A stretch of 64,000 bases of DNA from Octopus sinensis (Eukaryota). Numbering within the stretch: position 1 is the first letter of the stretch; each line of letters starts with the position of its first letter. Below the pieces are notes generated by a model, which searched no databases, had not been told where the DNA came from, and saw only the letters and a list, made by a program, of their open reading frames with translations. The stretch covers positions 50,344,001 through 50,408,000 of the forward strand of contig NC_043015.1 of the NCBI RefSeq assembly GCF_006345805.1. Direction: 5' to 3'. Positions 11,377-24,939 of this stretch are shown here, one piece after another. The position numbers and the translations under genes were made by a program.

Positions 11377-12118
11377 TAAATATATGTATATATGTATGTA
11401 TTATATATATAATATATATATATATTCACATATATATATATATATATATACACATGTACATATACATATACAATATCACCTGTCCTAGCTAATATGTTAG
11501 AATAAATGTGCATACAAATGACGATGTATGCACAAGTATTTATATGCACATGTGCATATATGTGTGCAGGTGTGTGTGAGTGCAGGTGTGTGTGAGTGCA
11601 GGTGTGTGTGAGTGCATATGTATACATTTGCCTTTGATCAGTGAATTGTACAAATCCAAGTTATACAGACTTTATAAACCTATCACCATGTCCTCTCGTT
11701 CCCCCCCTTCTCCGTCGCCGCAACCCCAAACTATAAAACCCAAGGCACATTTACATATGTGCACTCTCGACATATATATATATATCTGTATAATACATTA
11801 TATGGAAGAACGATATCTTGAATATATATAGATGTAAATGTATGTAAAGTGTGTGAGAGGCAAAGGATGTCTGTTAAGCAAACATGTAAGAGAGAGGGGG
11901 AGAGAGGGAGAGAGAGAGAGAGAGAGAGTGTGTGCGTGTGTGAGAGAGTATACAAGCTATATATAATGTATATTCAGATACAAAGGTGTATTTCATGTGT
12001 ATGTGTATATGTATAGATACAGGTGTGTATAAATATATGTATTAGCATATGTGTATACATTTGCAAGTGTTCACACACACACACACACACCCATATATAC
12101 ATACATATATATATACAT

Positions 12119-12149
<31 letters not shown>

Positions 12150-12195
12150 CACACATACATATATATGTATATGTATATATATACATATATATCTA

Positions 12196-12233
<38 letters not shown>

Positions 12234-12283
12234 TATACATATATGCATATATATAAATATATAAATATATACACACACAACAC

Positions 12284-12344
<61 letters not shown>

Positions 12345-12362
12345 TTATATATGTATGCATAT
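10790..12362. repeat. Long (TA)n/(CA)n microsatellite field
   Basis: Nearly continuous TA/TG/CA runs with short unique islands. Confidence 0.95.
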
Positions 12363-12918
12363 GTATATGGCTGTTATTGAACAAGTGTGTATACATGCAT
12401 TATCATTACTGCATAATTATAAACTATACGGAGCTGTATATTTTATATACACCCCTGCATATTTCTACACCATTCTCTTCAACAAACTCCCACCCACCCT
12501 CCAGTTAACTCCCTACTACCTCACCGCCGTTGCCACAACCTTTTTAGTCTTCCACTATTTTGATTTAGTATCTCTCTCTCTCACTCTCACTCTTGTATAT
12601 AAGCTTTTTTTTAAATATATGTATTTTTTATATGCAGTTTATTTTATTTACTATTTTTGAAATGTGTAAGTGTGTATGTGTGTGTGTGTGTGTGTGTGTT
12701 ATACATATGCACTTGTTTGTGGTTTGCATATGTGGTCGGTTGATCGATGTGGTTGTGAAAATATAACCATGAGTTCATGAAAAGTAGCTTTTCTATATGT
12801 TTCTGTGTGGGTGTATTGCATATATGTATTATATACATTATATATACATATACATACATACATATCTATATATATATATATATAATATATATATATATAT
12901 ATAATATATATATGTATA

Positions 12919-12949
<31 letters not shown>

Positions 12950-12961
12950 GTATTCATATAA

Positions 12962-13030
<69 letters not shown>

Positions 13031-13369
13031 CATGTATTTATATATATAATTTGCATGTGTAGCACTATTTCTCTGAGGAAGGAATATCAGATGTGGTCAG
13101 GTTTGGAGAGGGTGGGACTCTAAGAGGTTTAAAGTTCTCAATACTTGTCATATATCATGGTGATGTGTCTACAAATCAGCCAGGGGTTGTAGACTCAAAG
13201 AAGAGAGCACAGCTCACACACACACATACACACAATATACACCCATGACTACACAAATACACACACACACACGCCATCCAAAATATATAACATACCTGTA
13301 TATAACCACATAGACATGCATCTAACTGGCACTCCATCCATGACAATCCATAGAAATGTCTGCTTGTGA

Positions 13370-13632
13370 AATTAATGTGCAAGTGGCTGAGTACTCCACA
13401 GACATGTCTACCCTTTATGTAGATAGATTCTCAGGGAGATTCAGTGTGACACAGAACGTGACAAAGTTGACCCATTGAAATTACAGTTACGACTCATTTT
13501 TGCCATCTGAGTGGACTGGTGCAATGTGAAATAAAGTGTCTTGCTCAAGGACTCAATTTGTCGATGGGTATTGACCTCACGAACTTACGACTGTGAATCC
13601 AAATGCATTAACCGCTAAGCCACATGCCTTCA
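13370..13632 (-). mobile_element. SINE family E
   Basis: ATTAATGTGCAAGTGGCTGAG...CTGAGTGGACTGG.GCAATGTGAAATAAAGTGTCTTGCTCAAGGA. Homologous copies at 27015-27240 (+) and 39833-40090 (-). Confidence 0.8.
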
Positions 13633-14129
13633 CATACGCAAACATATATATATACAGCAACACACAGACATACAGGGTACACACAACTACATGCCCACCC
13701 ACCCAGAACAGAATCTTACATACACACACATACAAGCATACACACAAGCATACACATTCACCCATCCAACACAAATACACATACAATCACACAAATGCAT
13801 GTGCACAAACACACACACACACGCATATACACATTGTGTTGATTTGGCAGAGTTGCTAAAGAGTTTGACAGAATGTTTACACTGGTGTTCCAAATCAATG
13901 TAATCTGAGTTCAAATCTGGCTAAAATCCCTTTTACCCTTCTTCCTTTCATCATCATCATCATCTAACGTCTAACTACCATGCTGACATAGGCTAGATGG
14001 TTTGACAGGGGAGTGGCGAATGACAGGGCCGTGTCATGCTCCATCCAGTGTCATTTGTCCCACATCCCACTGCTTGACGACTAGTGTTGGTTTGTTTACA
14101 TCCCCGTAACTTAGTGGTTAAGTCAAAGA

Positions 14130-14612
14130 GATGTCATTAGAGTGTCAGGCTCACAATCATGAGATAGTGAATTTGATACTCGGACCAGGTTGTGTGTTGT
14201 GTTCTTGAGCAAGACACTTATTATTTCATGTTGTTCCAGTTCACTCAGCTGTAGAAATGAGTTATGACATCACTGGTGCCAAGCTATATCGGCCCCTTTG
14301 CCTTTTCCTTGGATAACATTGGTGGCTGGAGAGGCGAGGCTGGTATGCATGGGTGACTGCTGGTCTTCCATAAACAACCTTGCTTGGACTCATGCCTCAG
14401 AGGGGAATTTTCTAGGTGCAATCCCATGGTCAGTCATGACCGAAATGGGTCTTTACCCTTTACCCTATGTACATACAATGGTGTGGAGAAGGGAGGCTGG
14501 TATGCATGGGTGACTGCTGGTCTTCCATAAACAACCTTGCCCCGACTTGTGCCTGGGAGAGGAACTTTCTAGGTACAACTGCATGACCATTCATGACCGA
14601 AGGGGGGTCATA
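14130..14612 (+). mobile_element. SINE family D with internal ~155-bp tandem duplication of its 3' part
   Basis: TTCTTGAGCAAGACACTT...CCAGTTCACTCAGCTG centre. GAGGCTGGTATGCATGGGTGACTGCTGGTCTTCCATAAACAACCTTGC occurs twice (~14336 and ~14493). Confidence 0.8.
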
Positions 14613-14731
14613 ACCCTTTTTATTCCCCTTCTTCAGTCTATCATGGCTTCCAAGCTTTACAGGGATGTTTAACTCTTTTGATACCAATGAGCATGAGATT
14701 GACCACTCTTGGTTCCATGATCTAAATTCAA

Positions 14732-15175
14732 CATCATCATTTAACGTCCGCTTTCCATGTTAGCATGGGTTGGACGATTTGACTGAGGACTGGCGAACCA
14801 GATAGCTGTGCCAGGCTCCAATCTGATCTGGCAGAGTTTCTACAGCTGGAAGCCCTTCCTAACGCTAACCACTCTGAGAGTGTAGTGGGTGCTTTTACGT
14901 GCCAGTCTCGCGGTACTGGCAACGGCCATGCTTGAAATGGTGTTACATGCCACCTGCACAGGAATCAGTCCAGTGGCACTGGCAATGACCTCATCAAATG
15001 TTTTGTTCATGTGCCACTGGCACAAGTGCCAGTAAGGCAATGCTGGTAACGATCATGCTGAAATGGTGCTTTTTATGTTCCACTGGCATGGAAGCCAGAC
15101 AGCTGCTCTGGCAGAGATACCACTCGGATGGAGCTGTTAGCGCTCCACTGGCACAGGTGCCAGTCATTAAATTTG
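14732..15175 (-). mobile_element. SINE family C with several internal subrepeats
   Basis: Same 3' module as the 1497 copy, in reverse, followed by repeated GTGCCA...GGCAC units. Confidence 0.85.
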
Positions 15176-15406
15176 GTTCAATTTCAATAAATGATCTAAA
15201 TTAAAACCTTGCATCAGATTACTCGTTAATTTGTTTCCCCACACCAAATTTGTTGCCCTAAGCAAAAGAGACTGACAGAATAAGTAACAGACTTCAAAAA
15301 AAAATTTAGCACCAAGGTTGATTTGCTTAACTAAACCCCTCAAGGTAGTGCTGTAGCATGGCCACTGTCAAATGAAAGCAACAAGTAAACAATGAAAGGT
15401 AAAGAG

Positions 15407-15583
15407 ATAGGAGTGGCTGTGTGGTAAGTAGCTTGATTACGAACCACATGGTTCCGGGTTCAGTCTCACTGCATGGCACCTTGGGCAAGTGTCTTCTACT
15501 ATAGCTTTGGGCTAACCAAAGCCTTGTAAGTGGATTTGGTAGACAGAACTGAAAGAAGCCCGTCGTATATATGTATATATATA

Positions 15584-15645
<62 letters not shown>

Positions 15646-15864
15646 GTGTGTGTGTTTGTGTGTCTATGTTTATCCCTCCAACATCACTTGACAACCGATG
15701 TGGGTGTGTTTACCTCCCCGTAACTTAGCGGTTTGGCAAAAGAGACCGATAGAATAAGTACTAGGCTTACAAAGAATAAGTCCTGGGGTCGATTTGCTTG
15801 ACTAAAGGCGGTGCTCCAGCATAGCCTCAGTCACATGACTGAAATGAGTAAAAGAGTAAAAGAG
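15407..15864 (+). mobile_element. SINE family A
   Basis: Head GGAGTGGCTGTGTGGTAAGTAGC, expanded internal (TA)n, 3' end GTAAAAGAGTAAAAGAG. Confidence 0.9.
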
Positions 15865-16669
15865 ACAGCAATAGAGGCGATATGGTTATAAGCAAAAGTC
15901 TGAGAACAGCAAAAATAATTTTTTTTTTTTATTATGGAATGGCAACTTGACATGCTTGTGGTTCTTTGGAAAGAACAAAAAAAAACCAAAGTTTTTTTTG
16001 TCACATGGCAATCTAAGAGACAGAAAGAATATAAAAAGAACTGACAGGAGTCTTGTAAGGAAAGACAGCTGTCATTCAAATGCTTCATCTATGTCACGGA
16101 ACATTTTCTGCTAAGCCAACATCTTGTTTCAGAAATTGACTCTTAAACAGTTTTACCCCCCGTCATCGTAATAGTGTTAGTGAGGGGAAAATAAAGTACT
16201 TGATTAAGCACACACCATTAACAATGATGGCTACAGTTTAGAAAAAAATCTAATGCAAAAAGCCAGCATTAGAAATGGTTAAATTAACGCAAATCTTGTA
16301 AATTTCTTGTTTGCAGTTATATTCCTCAGTTTAGCTTCCATTTTTCCATGTTTGCAAAAATTGGACAGAATTTACTGAGGTAGATTTTCGACAGCTGGAT
16401 GTCCTCCCTGTCACCAACTTTCTAAATGAGACAGAATATACCAAGGTAGATTTTCTACAGCTGGGTGCTCTCCCTGTCACCAACTCTCCACCAGTTTCAA
16501 AGCAAAACGATATTTCTCCACTACTGAACATGTTTTCATGGAAGGCGGGAAATAGGGGACACTGTTTTAAGACAACGAGATTCAAACATTCACACCAAGC
16601 ATGCACGTATGTGGGTGAAAGTATTGACTACCCCCAATCAAAGTTACAAGCCTTCTGCCTAACTCAGAA

Positions 16670-16721
<52 letters not shown>

Positions 16722-16766
16722 TTATTGTTATTATTGTTATTATTGTTATTATTGTTATTATTATTA

Positions 16767-16807
<41 letters not shown>

Positions 16808-16825
16808 TATTATTATTATTATTAT

Positions 16826-17192
16826 TATTACCTCTGCCTTAGCGATGGTGGAGGTATTGTTTTCAGTCTTGTTTGTTTGTCTGCAGACATGATATCTCAA
16901 GAACCATTGGATGGATTTGGATGAAACTTTCAGACATGTTTGGCCTCATGACTGGCACAAACTGATTAGATTTTGGGATCAATCTGGTACTGGACAAGGA
17001 TTCTGGATTATTTTTTCTGTTCTTTTACTTAATTTTTGAGAGTGGTCGAGTTCATTTTTAGTATTCTCATTTGTGAGAGCAGTTGAGTTTACTTCAGATA
17101 TTCTCATTTTAAAAATCATCTCTGGCTAATTGTTGAGAGGGATGTTGGTTTTGCCTTGGTGGAGATTTGCGCTCTCTGAGTACTCTTGTTAT
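16826..17192 (+). mobile_element. HINE/DINE-like element, second copy
   Basis: Colinear with 5991-6364: TACCTCTGCCTTAGCGATGGTGGAGGTA ... GCCTTGGTGGAGATTTGCGCTCTCTGAGTACTC. Embedded in (TTA)n. Confidence 0.6.
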
Positions 17193-17216
17193 CATTATTA
17201 TTACTATTTTTATTAT

Positions 17217-17697
17217 TGAGGTATAGAGCAGTACATGCCATCAAAGTGAAACTGGTGTAAAATATACGAAGCCCAATATACACATTATGACTACCAATCT
17301 GATAAGGGTACACCAGGCACATGCATCACAACCATATGTGCACGACATAGTGATCTCATATCAAGATAAACAGCGCATGACCTTGCAGGTGGGGGACCAG
17401 TTAGAATTTTCTTCTGGTCGAGTAACCCATCCCACTCAAAAGGTCCCTGAATAAGGGTTGTTTAAGGATGTTGAACAAAACACCCATGTTTCCACAAGTG
17501 AATTATTCAAACCCCAAAGAATCCTTCTCAACACATGGCTATGATGTTCCCCCACTACTTCTGCTCGTGATCAGAGATGCACATATCGTCCGCCACTAAG
17601 GGACATGCTCAGCTGGTTAAGGTCAGACAACTGACAAGCAAATCTGTGGTATTGAGCAGAATATTTGCAGTAGCCCATCTTTTATACCAAGACAAAA

Positions 17698-17700
<3 letters not shown>
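17217..17700 (-). mobile_element. Family G (AAT)n-tailed element, longer copy
   Basis: Extends the 6843 copy. Its 5' part matches 36229-36367 (+). Flanked on both sides by TTA arrays. Confidence 0.8.
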
Positions 17701-17734
<34 letters not shown>

Positions 17735-18145
17735 ATCTTCATCATCATCATCATCATCATCATTATTATCATTTTCATCATTATTATTATTATGATTATG
17801 ATTATGATTATGATTATTATTATTATTATTATTATTGAGGTGGCACGTCAGACAAAGTGCTTAGCTGCATTTTGTCCAACATGTTCTTCTGAGTTCAAAT
17901 TCCAGCCAGGTCAACTTCGCCTTTCATCCCATTGGATTGTTGATGAAATAAGTGTCATTTGAGAACAGGGGTTGATGTAACTGACTACCCCCCCGCTCTG
18001 CCCAAAATTTCAGGCTGTGAGCATTTAGTAGAAAGGGTTACTACCACTACTGCTACTGTTGCTGCTGCTGCTACCACCACCACCACCACCACCACCACCA
18101 CCACCACCACCACCACCACCGCTGCTGCTGCAATTGCTGCTGCTG

Positions 18146-18176
<31 letters not shown>

Positions 18177-19113
18177 CATCACTACCACCACCACCACCAA
18201 CACCACTGCTGCTGCTATTGCTGCTGCTGTTACTACTACTACTACTACTATTACTACTACTGATAGTGGGGGGAAAAGGGAGCAGTGAAGAAGGAATTGG
18301 TAGAGTACAGAACTTAGCTACAGGCCTATACACACACACACACACTCACACTTTAGAGGAGACTGGAAAGAATAAAAGTAAAAGTTTGGTCAGAAATTTG
18401 AAGAATAACAGTTTTTTTTTGAGCAGATCCATTCTCCTATGTAACTTGTCTAAGATTTTAGCAATCTGTCATCACTGCCATCTTGATCATCATCCTCATT
18501 TTCACATCCACTTATATAAATTATGAAATCTCCGTCCATTGTTTTGTTTTCGTGTATTTATACGGTCTAAAAATAAAACATCCACAACATATATTTAGCA
18601 CACACATACACACACACACATATGTACACTTATGCAAGCAAACATACCCTATATACGTATATGTATGCATTACTTTCCCAGGGTTGGCTGAAGAATGTGA
18701 AGTTCAGATAGTTTGTGACACAAGCTGGAGACCAATTCTCTCTCCAATCAAGTCAAATTTGACATCGCTTTAAGCTAATTATTGGCACTATAAATGCAAG
18801 GAAAATGGGGTCAATTGATGTTGCTGAAATGTCAGCTTTCCTTTCCAAAGTTACTTGGTTCTCATTAGGCACCCTCCAAAAAAAAGGAGAGGGAAGATTA
18901 CAGTCTAAACGCTAGAAGCACTGTTTCCAATTATCTCAGTGGATAGTGTAAGGAATTAGGAATTCCATTTTACAATTCCATATTGAGAACAGTAACCAAC
19001 TACACTCCATCTAAGTAGTAACACCAAGGAATATCATAAACAACAGACATCTAGAAAAATGAAGATTCATGAGTCCTAGATTTAACCATTAAAACTGGAT
19101 GTAAATGGATATA

Positions 19114-19662
19114 TGAGGGGGAGTCAAAAAGTAATGCCATTTTGTTTAGGACAGGTATAATTACCAACTCAGGAACATGTATCATATATCAAAATGAAGC
19201 TGGTCCTCTGTGGATAACATTCCTACTTCTCAACATAGTCACCATTTCTCTCAATAGTAATGTTCCACCTTCAAATGAGAGTATGTATCTCTGCCCCGTA
19301 AAATTATGTTGACTGTTGTTTGAGCCACTTCTTCACTACAGTTTTCACTTCCTCGTCACTGGACTATCATCTCTTCGGCCCCATGAAAGAGGGTTTGAGA
19401 GGCAAATATTATTCCAGTGACAAGGAAGTGAAAACTGTAGTGAAGAAGTGGCTCTAAGAACAATCAACAGAATTTTATGGGGCAGGGATACATGCTCTCA
19501 TTCGAAGGTGGAACATTGCTATTGAGAGAAACGGTGACTATGTTGAGGAGTAGGAATGTTTTCCACAGAGGACCAGCTTCATTTTGATATATGATACATG
19601 TTCCTGTGTTGGTAATTATACTTGTCCTAAACAAAATAGCATTACTTTTTGACTCAACCTCG
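19114..19662. mobile_element. Mariner-derived fold-back MITE (two 250-bp 3'-end arms)
   Basis: TA TSD at 19112-19113 and 19663-19664. Arms 19114-19363 and 19413-19662 are inverted copies (~19 substitutions by hand count). The + strand encodes DYHLFGPMKEGLRGKYYSSDKEVKTVVKKWL*EQSTEFYGAGIHALIRRWNIAIERNGDYVEE*, a mariner transposase C-terminus. Confidence 0.93.
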
Positions 19663-21023
19663 TAGTTAATTCCTAGTTAACTGTTAATATGCCAACACCT
19701 CTCCGAAAAAAAGACCTACCCATAATGGTTTAATCAAAAATTATTTGTAAAAGCTGTTTGCAGAAGTATAGGCTAGTGTTCTCACAGAATTTAAAATTAT
19801 CATAAACACACTTGCTGCAATTACTCTAATCATCAATGGTTTGCCAATTTTCTCAATTTACACTTGGTCTATAGATAGATGATTTTTAGAAGTTTAAGAT
19901 CAAAATGTCTATAAATATTCGCAAAAAGAAAGAAGAAAAAAGGTAAAAGAAAAAGACAATCTTTTTATTGCTTGAAATATATTTAATTTAGATTGTGTTT
20001 TTATGATAAAAAAAAAAATAAATGTGATTAATAAAATTTAGAGATAATCCTTTTTGAAGATGCATGGCAGAGATAACAGGCTTCTGTTTCAAGAAAGCAA
20101 TCTCTGCTTCCATAATATCCAAAGTACAAAATGAAAATAAACATCTTTATTATGACTCCTACATTTTCACTATATGTTAATCTATCTTTCTAGCTATCAT
20201 GGATTCTATATACAAAGTCACACACACTCTGTCTCTTTCTCTCTCCCACTTGTACACAAAATGCACACACAGCGGCTCTCTTTCTCTCTCGCTTTCCCTC
20301 TCTTGCTTGCACTCTCTCTCTCTCTCTGCCAAACACTCTATGCACACACAAACACACAGCCTATTCCTCTCATTTACACTTTGCCCTTTCACACTATATT
20401 TCCAGTGCCTCCATCATAACCTTCAACATTTTAAATGAAACATATTCAACCAATCTTAGCCATCGAAAACAGGGAACTGCCAGAACAGCAGATTTCTTTC
20501 TGGAACATTCCTCCGCTAATTGATTCCTTGAATTCTTATCAAATCAATTGTCTCTTATCTGTCTGTCTGTCTAAAGCCGACGTCTGTCAGTCGTTCAGTA
20601 AATCCAAGAGATAATTCAACAGCATCTGGAGATTTCTAACTTGACTACAAATAAGTAATACCATAATACCATCCATCATGTGAAGAAGACAATTTTCTAC
20701 GTTCGTTCGTATGGTTGAATAAAGAAACAATTAATGAATATTAATTGTTAATAACTTGAAACAGTTTTATTTATACTCAGGTCAGACATTTTACAGCTGG
20801 ATGATTCTTATAGCGCCATTCATTCCATCATAAAATTAATGTTACAACTTGTTTTAGTGCTAAATGACAGAGGGTAACATTTATACCAGGGCAGTTTTAG
20901 TTATTTGAGTGCTTGCGTACGTGTGTGTGTGTATGTATGTGTGTGTATATATACATATATATATACATACACACACACATATACATATATATATATATAC
21001 ATACGTAGATATATATATACTAT

Positions 21024-21425
21024 CTTTTATTATTTTATGCATTTCAGTCATTTGACTGTGGTCATGCTGGAGCACCACCTTTAGTCAAGCAATTCAACTC
21101 CAGGACTTATTCTTTGTAAGCCTAGTACTTATTCTATCAGTCTCTTTTGCTGAACCACTAAGTTACGGGGACGTAAACACACCACCATCGGTTGTCAAGT
21201 GATGTTGGGGGGACAAACACTGACACACAAACATATACACACACATACATATATATCATCATCATCATTTATATGACAGGATTCTTTCAGTTTCCATCTA
21301 CCAAATCCACTCACAAGGCTTTGGTTGGCTCTAGGCTATAGTAGAAGACACTTGCCCAAGGTGTCACACAATGGGACTGAACTCAGAACCATGTGGTTGG
21401 TAAGCAAGCTAATTACCACATGTCA
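21024..21425 (-). mobile_element. SINE family A
   Basis: Reverse copy colinear with 752-1158. Confidence 0.88.
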
Positions 21426-21576
21426 CTTGTGTGCTTATATAATGTATACTAATTATTAACGTTAGAAGCAATATTAATACCAAACGGTAATCGTTATATC
21501 CAACTTAATTGGGATGCTTTGTTAGAACACAGAATAGAGCAACAAGGCATAAAGATTATCTTTATATACATATGAA

Positions 21577-21915
21577 TCATCATCATCATCATTATCATCA
21601 TCATCGTTTAACGTCCATTTTCCAGGCTGGCATGGGTTGGATGGTTCAGCTGGGGTCTGGGAAGCCAGGAGACTGCACCAGGCTCCAGACTGATCTGGCT
21701 TGTTTCTACAGCTGGATGCCCTTCCTAACGCTAACCACTCCGTGAGTGTGGTGGATACTTTTTACATGCCACCAGCACAGGGGCCAGAGGAGGCTAGCAA
21801 CGGCCATGATTGGTTGGTTCTTTTTACATGCCACCGGCACGGAAGCCAGTCAAGGCTGCACTGGCATCGGCCACGTTCAGATGGTGCTTTTTATGTGCCA
21901 CCGGCACAGGTATCA
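21577..21915 (-). mobile_element. SINE family C
   Basis: (CAT)n tail, GATGCCCTTCCTAACGCTAACCAC module, three hairpin subrepeats. Confidence 0.85.
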
Positions 21916-21978
21916 CGACTACAATAACATGTATATATATATATATATATACACAAATATATATCTATATATACATTT

Positions 21979-22021
<43 letters not shown>

Positions 22022-22046
22022 GATATATATATATGTATATATATAT

Positions 22047-22092
<46 letters not shown>

Positions 22093-22845
22093 CATATGCA
22101 TATATATATATATATCATACACACACACACACACATATTTATGTATATATTGCTGATGAAGCAATGTACATTTATTACATAAATGTATTACATGTCTGTT
22201 ATGGAAACATATTTTTCAGTAGTTATTTAAATAAATCCATTTATATGATCTATATGTATGCGTGGGCACATGTGTGTGTGTGTGGTGTGTGTGTGTGTGT
22301 GTGTGTGTCCATCTGTATATACACATACATACAGGCATACAGAAAGAGGGAGAGAAAGAGAGCAAAATAAATGCTTTTCTATAAACTTTTGCTTTCTGTG
22401 CAGTTTTATCTTCGAACCAACTCAGAAATTCAGGGAATTAATGTATCTGTTATCAATATATTTTGAGTCTTCTGAAGGATTTTTCATGTTACATTATTGG
22501 ACAGCAATACCAGGTAATTCCAGTTAAGCAGCCCCATGGCATGGGATTACTAAATCAAACAGTTGGTGATCCAAGGATCAACATATACGATAAGAGTTAC
22601 CTTCATCTACTTATCTCGGAGAATATTAGATTTATGTTATCTTATATTATTAATCCCAAACGACCAGAAGGTTAAGTTAACTTTGGAAGAAGAATTCAAC
22701 AACCTACGGCACTGTAGCCTGTCAGCCAAACCAGTTAATATTATTTTACCTTTAGATATATTTGTTTGCAAACGTTAATTAACTTCGACCACCGTAACTT
22801 TTAGGTTTCTGCAGTGCATGTCCAAGAGATAAACATGTGGAACCG

Positions 22846-24030
22846 TCATCATCGTCGTCGTCATCATCATCATCATCATCATCGTTAAACGTCGGCCTTC
22901 TATGCTGGCATGGGTTGGATGGTTTGACAGGAGCCAGCCAGGTAGAAGATTACACCAAGCCACTGTGTCTGTTTTGGCATGGTTTTTTTTTTTATGGCTG
23001 GATGCCCTTTCTAACACCGACCACCCTGCAGAGTGAACTGGGTGCTTTTTATATGGCACCAACACAGGTGAGGTCAGTTTTAGCAAGGTTTTTTTTTTTT
23101 ACATCTGAATGCCCTTCCAAATGCCAACCACTTCACAGTGAGGACTGGATGCTTTTTAAGTGGCACCAACACATGTGAGGTCAGTTTTGGCAAGGTTTTT
23201 TTTTTTACAGCTGAATGCCCTTCCAAATGCCAACCACTTCACAGTGAGGACTGGATGCTTTTTAAGTGGTACCAACACATGTGAGGTCAGTTTTGGCAAG
23301 GTTTTTTTTTTTACAGCTGAATGCCCTTCCAAATGCCAACCACTTCACAGTGAGGACTGGATGCTTTTTAAGTGGTACCAACACATGTGAGGTCAGTTTT
23401 GGCAAGGTTTTTTTTTTTACAGCTGAATGCCCTTCCAATGCCAACCACTTCACAGTGAGGACTGGATGCTTTTTAAGTGGCACCAACACATGTGAGGTCA
23501 GTTTTGGCAAGGTTTTTTTTTTTACAGCTGAATGCCCTTCCAAATGCCAACCACTTCACAGTGAGGACTGGATGCTTTTTAAGTGGTACCAACACATGTG
23601 AGGTCAGTTTTAGCAAGGTTTTTTTTTTTACAGCTGAATGCCCTTCCAAATGCCAACCACTTCACAGTGAGGACTGGATGCTTTTTAAGTGGCACCAACA
23701 CATGTGAGGTCATTTTTGGCAAGGTTTTTTTTTTTACAGCTGAATGCCCTTCCAAATGCCAACCACTTCACAGTGAGGACTGGATGCTTTTTAAGTGGTA
23801 CCAACACATGTGAGGTCAGTTTTGGCAAGGTTTTTTTTTTTACAGCTGAATGCCCTTCCAATGCCAACCACTTCACAGTGAGGACTGGATGCTTTTTAAG
23901 TGGCACCAACACATGTGAGGTCAGTTTTGGCAAGGTTTTTTTTTTTACAGCTGAATGCCCTTCCAAATGCCAACCACTTCACAGTGAGGACTGGATGCTT
24001 TTTAAGTGGCACCAGCACTGGCAGGGTCAC
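22846..24030 (-). mobile_element. SINE family C copy carrying an amplified internal segment
   Basis: (CAT)n tail at 22846-22883 and the family C 3' module, continuing into the tandem array. Confidence 0.8.
23061..24013. repeat. Tandem array, 9 x 105-107 bp, SINE-derived
   Basis: Unit starts at 23061, 23168, 23274, 23380, 23485, 23591, 23697, 23803 and 23908. Unit AACACATGTGAGGTCAGTTTTGGCAAGG(T)nACAGCTGAATGCCCTTCCAAATGCCAACCACTTCACAGTGAGGACTGGATGCTTTTTAAGTGGYACC. Confidence 0.95.
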
Positions 24031-24331
24031 CAAATAACTTGCAAGACAAAGTTCCTTTGAGAGGGGAGGGAGCATTGGACGATGATGAATGATGATCTTG
24101 TGTCAGATGGTGAACAGTGCAATGGAGAGACAGAAAAAGGTGCTTTGCTATAGAGGAGGTATATAGTTACCCAACGAGAGAGAGGTAACAAAAAAGAGGA
24201 CAGAAGCAGGTGTTCTACTGTAAAGATGATATTTGGTGTGGAATATGTAATTTTAATAGTAACCAGCCCACTTATGCATACCTTTCCTTCATTGGACACT
24301 AAACTCTGATTGTGAAGACCTGTTGAAGCAA

Positions 24332-24755
24332 GTAAAATTGAAATCAAATTCGATGACTAGAATCCATGCTAGTGGAGTGCTAAGAGCACCATCCGAGTGT
24401 GATTGTTGCCAGAGCAGCTGACTGGCTTCCATACCGGTGGCACGTAAAAAGCGCCAGTTGAGCATGATCATTACTCATGTCGTCTTGCTGGCACTTGTGC
24501 TGGTGGCACGTGAAAAAACATTCGAGCGAGGTTGTTGCCAGTGCCACCTGACTGGTCCTCGTGCCGGTGGCACGTAAAAGCATCCACTACACTCTCGAAG
24601 TGGTTGGTGTTAGGAAGGGCATCCAGCTGTAGAAACTCTGCCAGATCAGATTGGAGCCTGGTGCAGCCATCTGGTTCACCAGTCCTCAGTCAAATTGTTC
24701 AACCCATGCTAGCATGGAAAGTGGACGTTAAACGATGATGATGATGATGATGATG
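24332..24755 (+). mobile_element. SINE family C, inverted relative to the 22846 copy
   Basis: Subrepeats, GGTTGGTGTTAGGAAGGGCATCCAGCTG, (GAT)n tail. Confidence 0.85.
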
Positions 24756-24833
24756 AAGACTAGAAAATGTAGGAATATGCCTCAATGAACAACTGGATAT
24801 TGCAATTAGCTGTTGCATCCAGTCACTCCAAGA

Positions 24834-24939
<106 letters not shown>

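Noticed and set aside
18677-18800. Splice-like signals on both strands around a short unique segment
   Set aside because: Minus-strand candidate is closed in all frames; plus-strand frame ends in a stop with no supporting context.
22153-22215. CTGATGA...GAAAC with an internal TACATTTAT/ATAAATGTA hairpin as a further hammerhead
   Set aside because: Stem I and the base of stem II cannot pair and stem III is not palindromic; at best a dead remnant.
22404-22513. Splice-flanked 110-nt segment (FIFEPTQKFRELMYLLSIYFESSEGFFMLHYWTAIP)
   Set aside because: Good splice signals but no recognisable homology and no phase-compatible neighbour; cannot be supported without RNA data.
23061-24013. Regular ~106-bp periodicity as a possible CRISPR array
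   Set aside because: Whole units repeat with no unique spacers, the unit is SINE-derived, and the context is eukaryotic.
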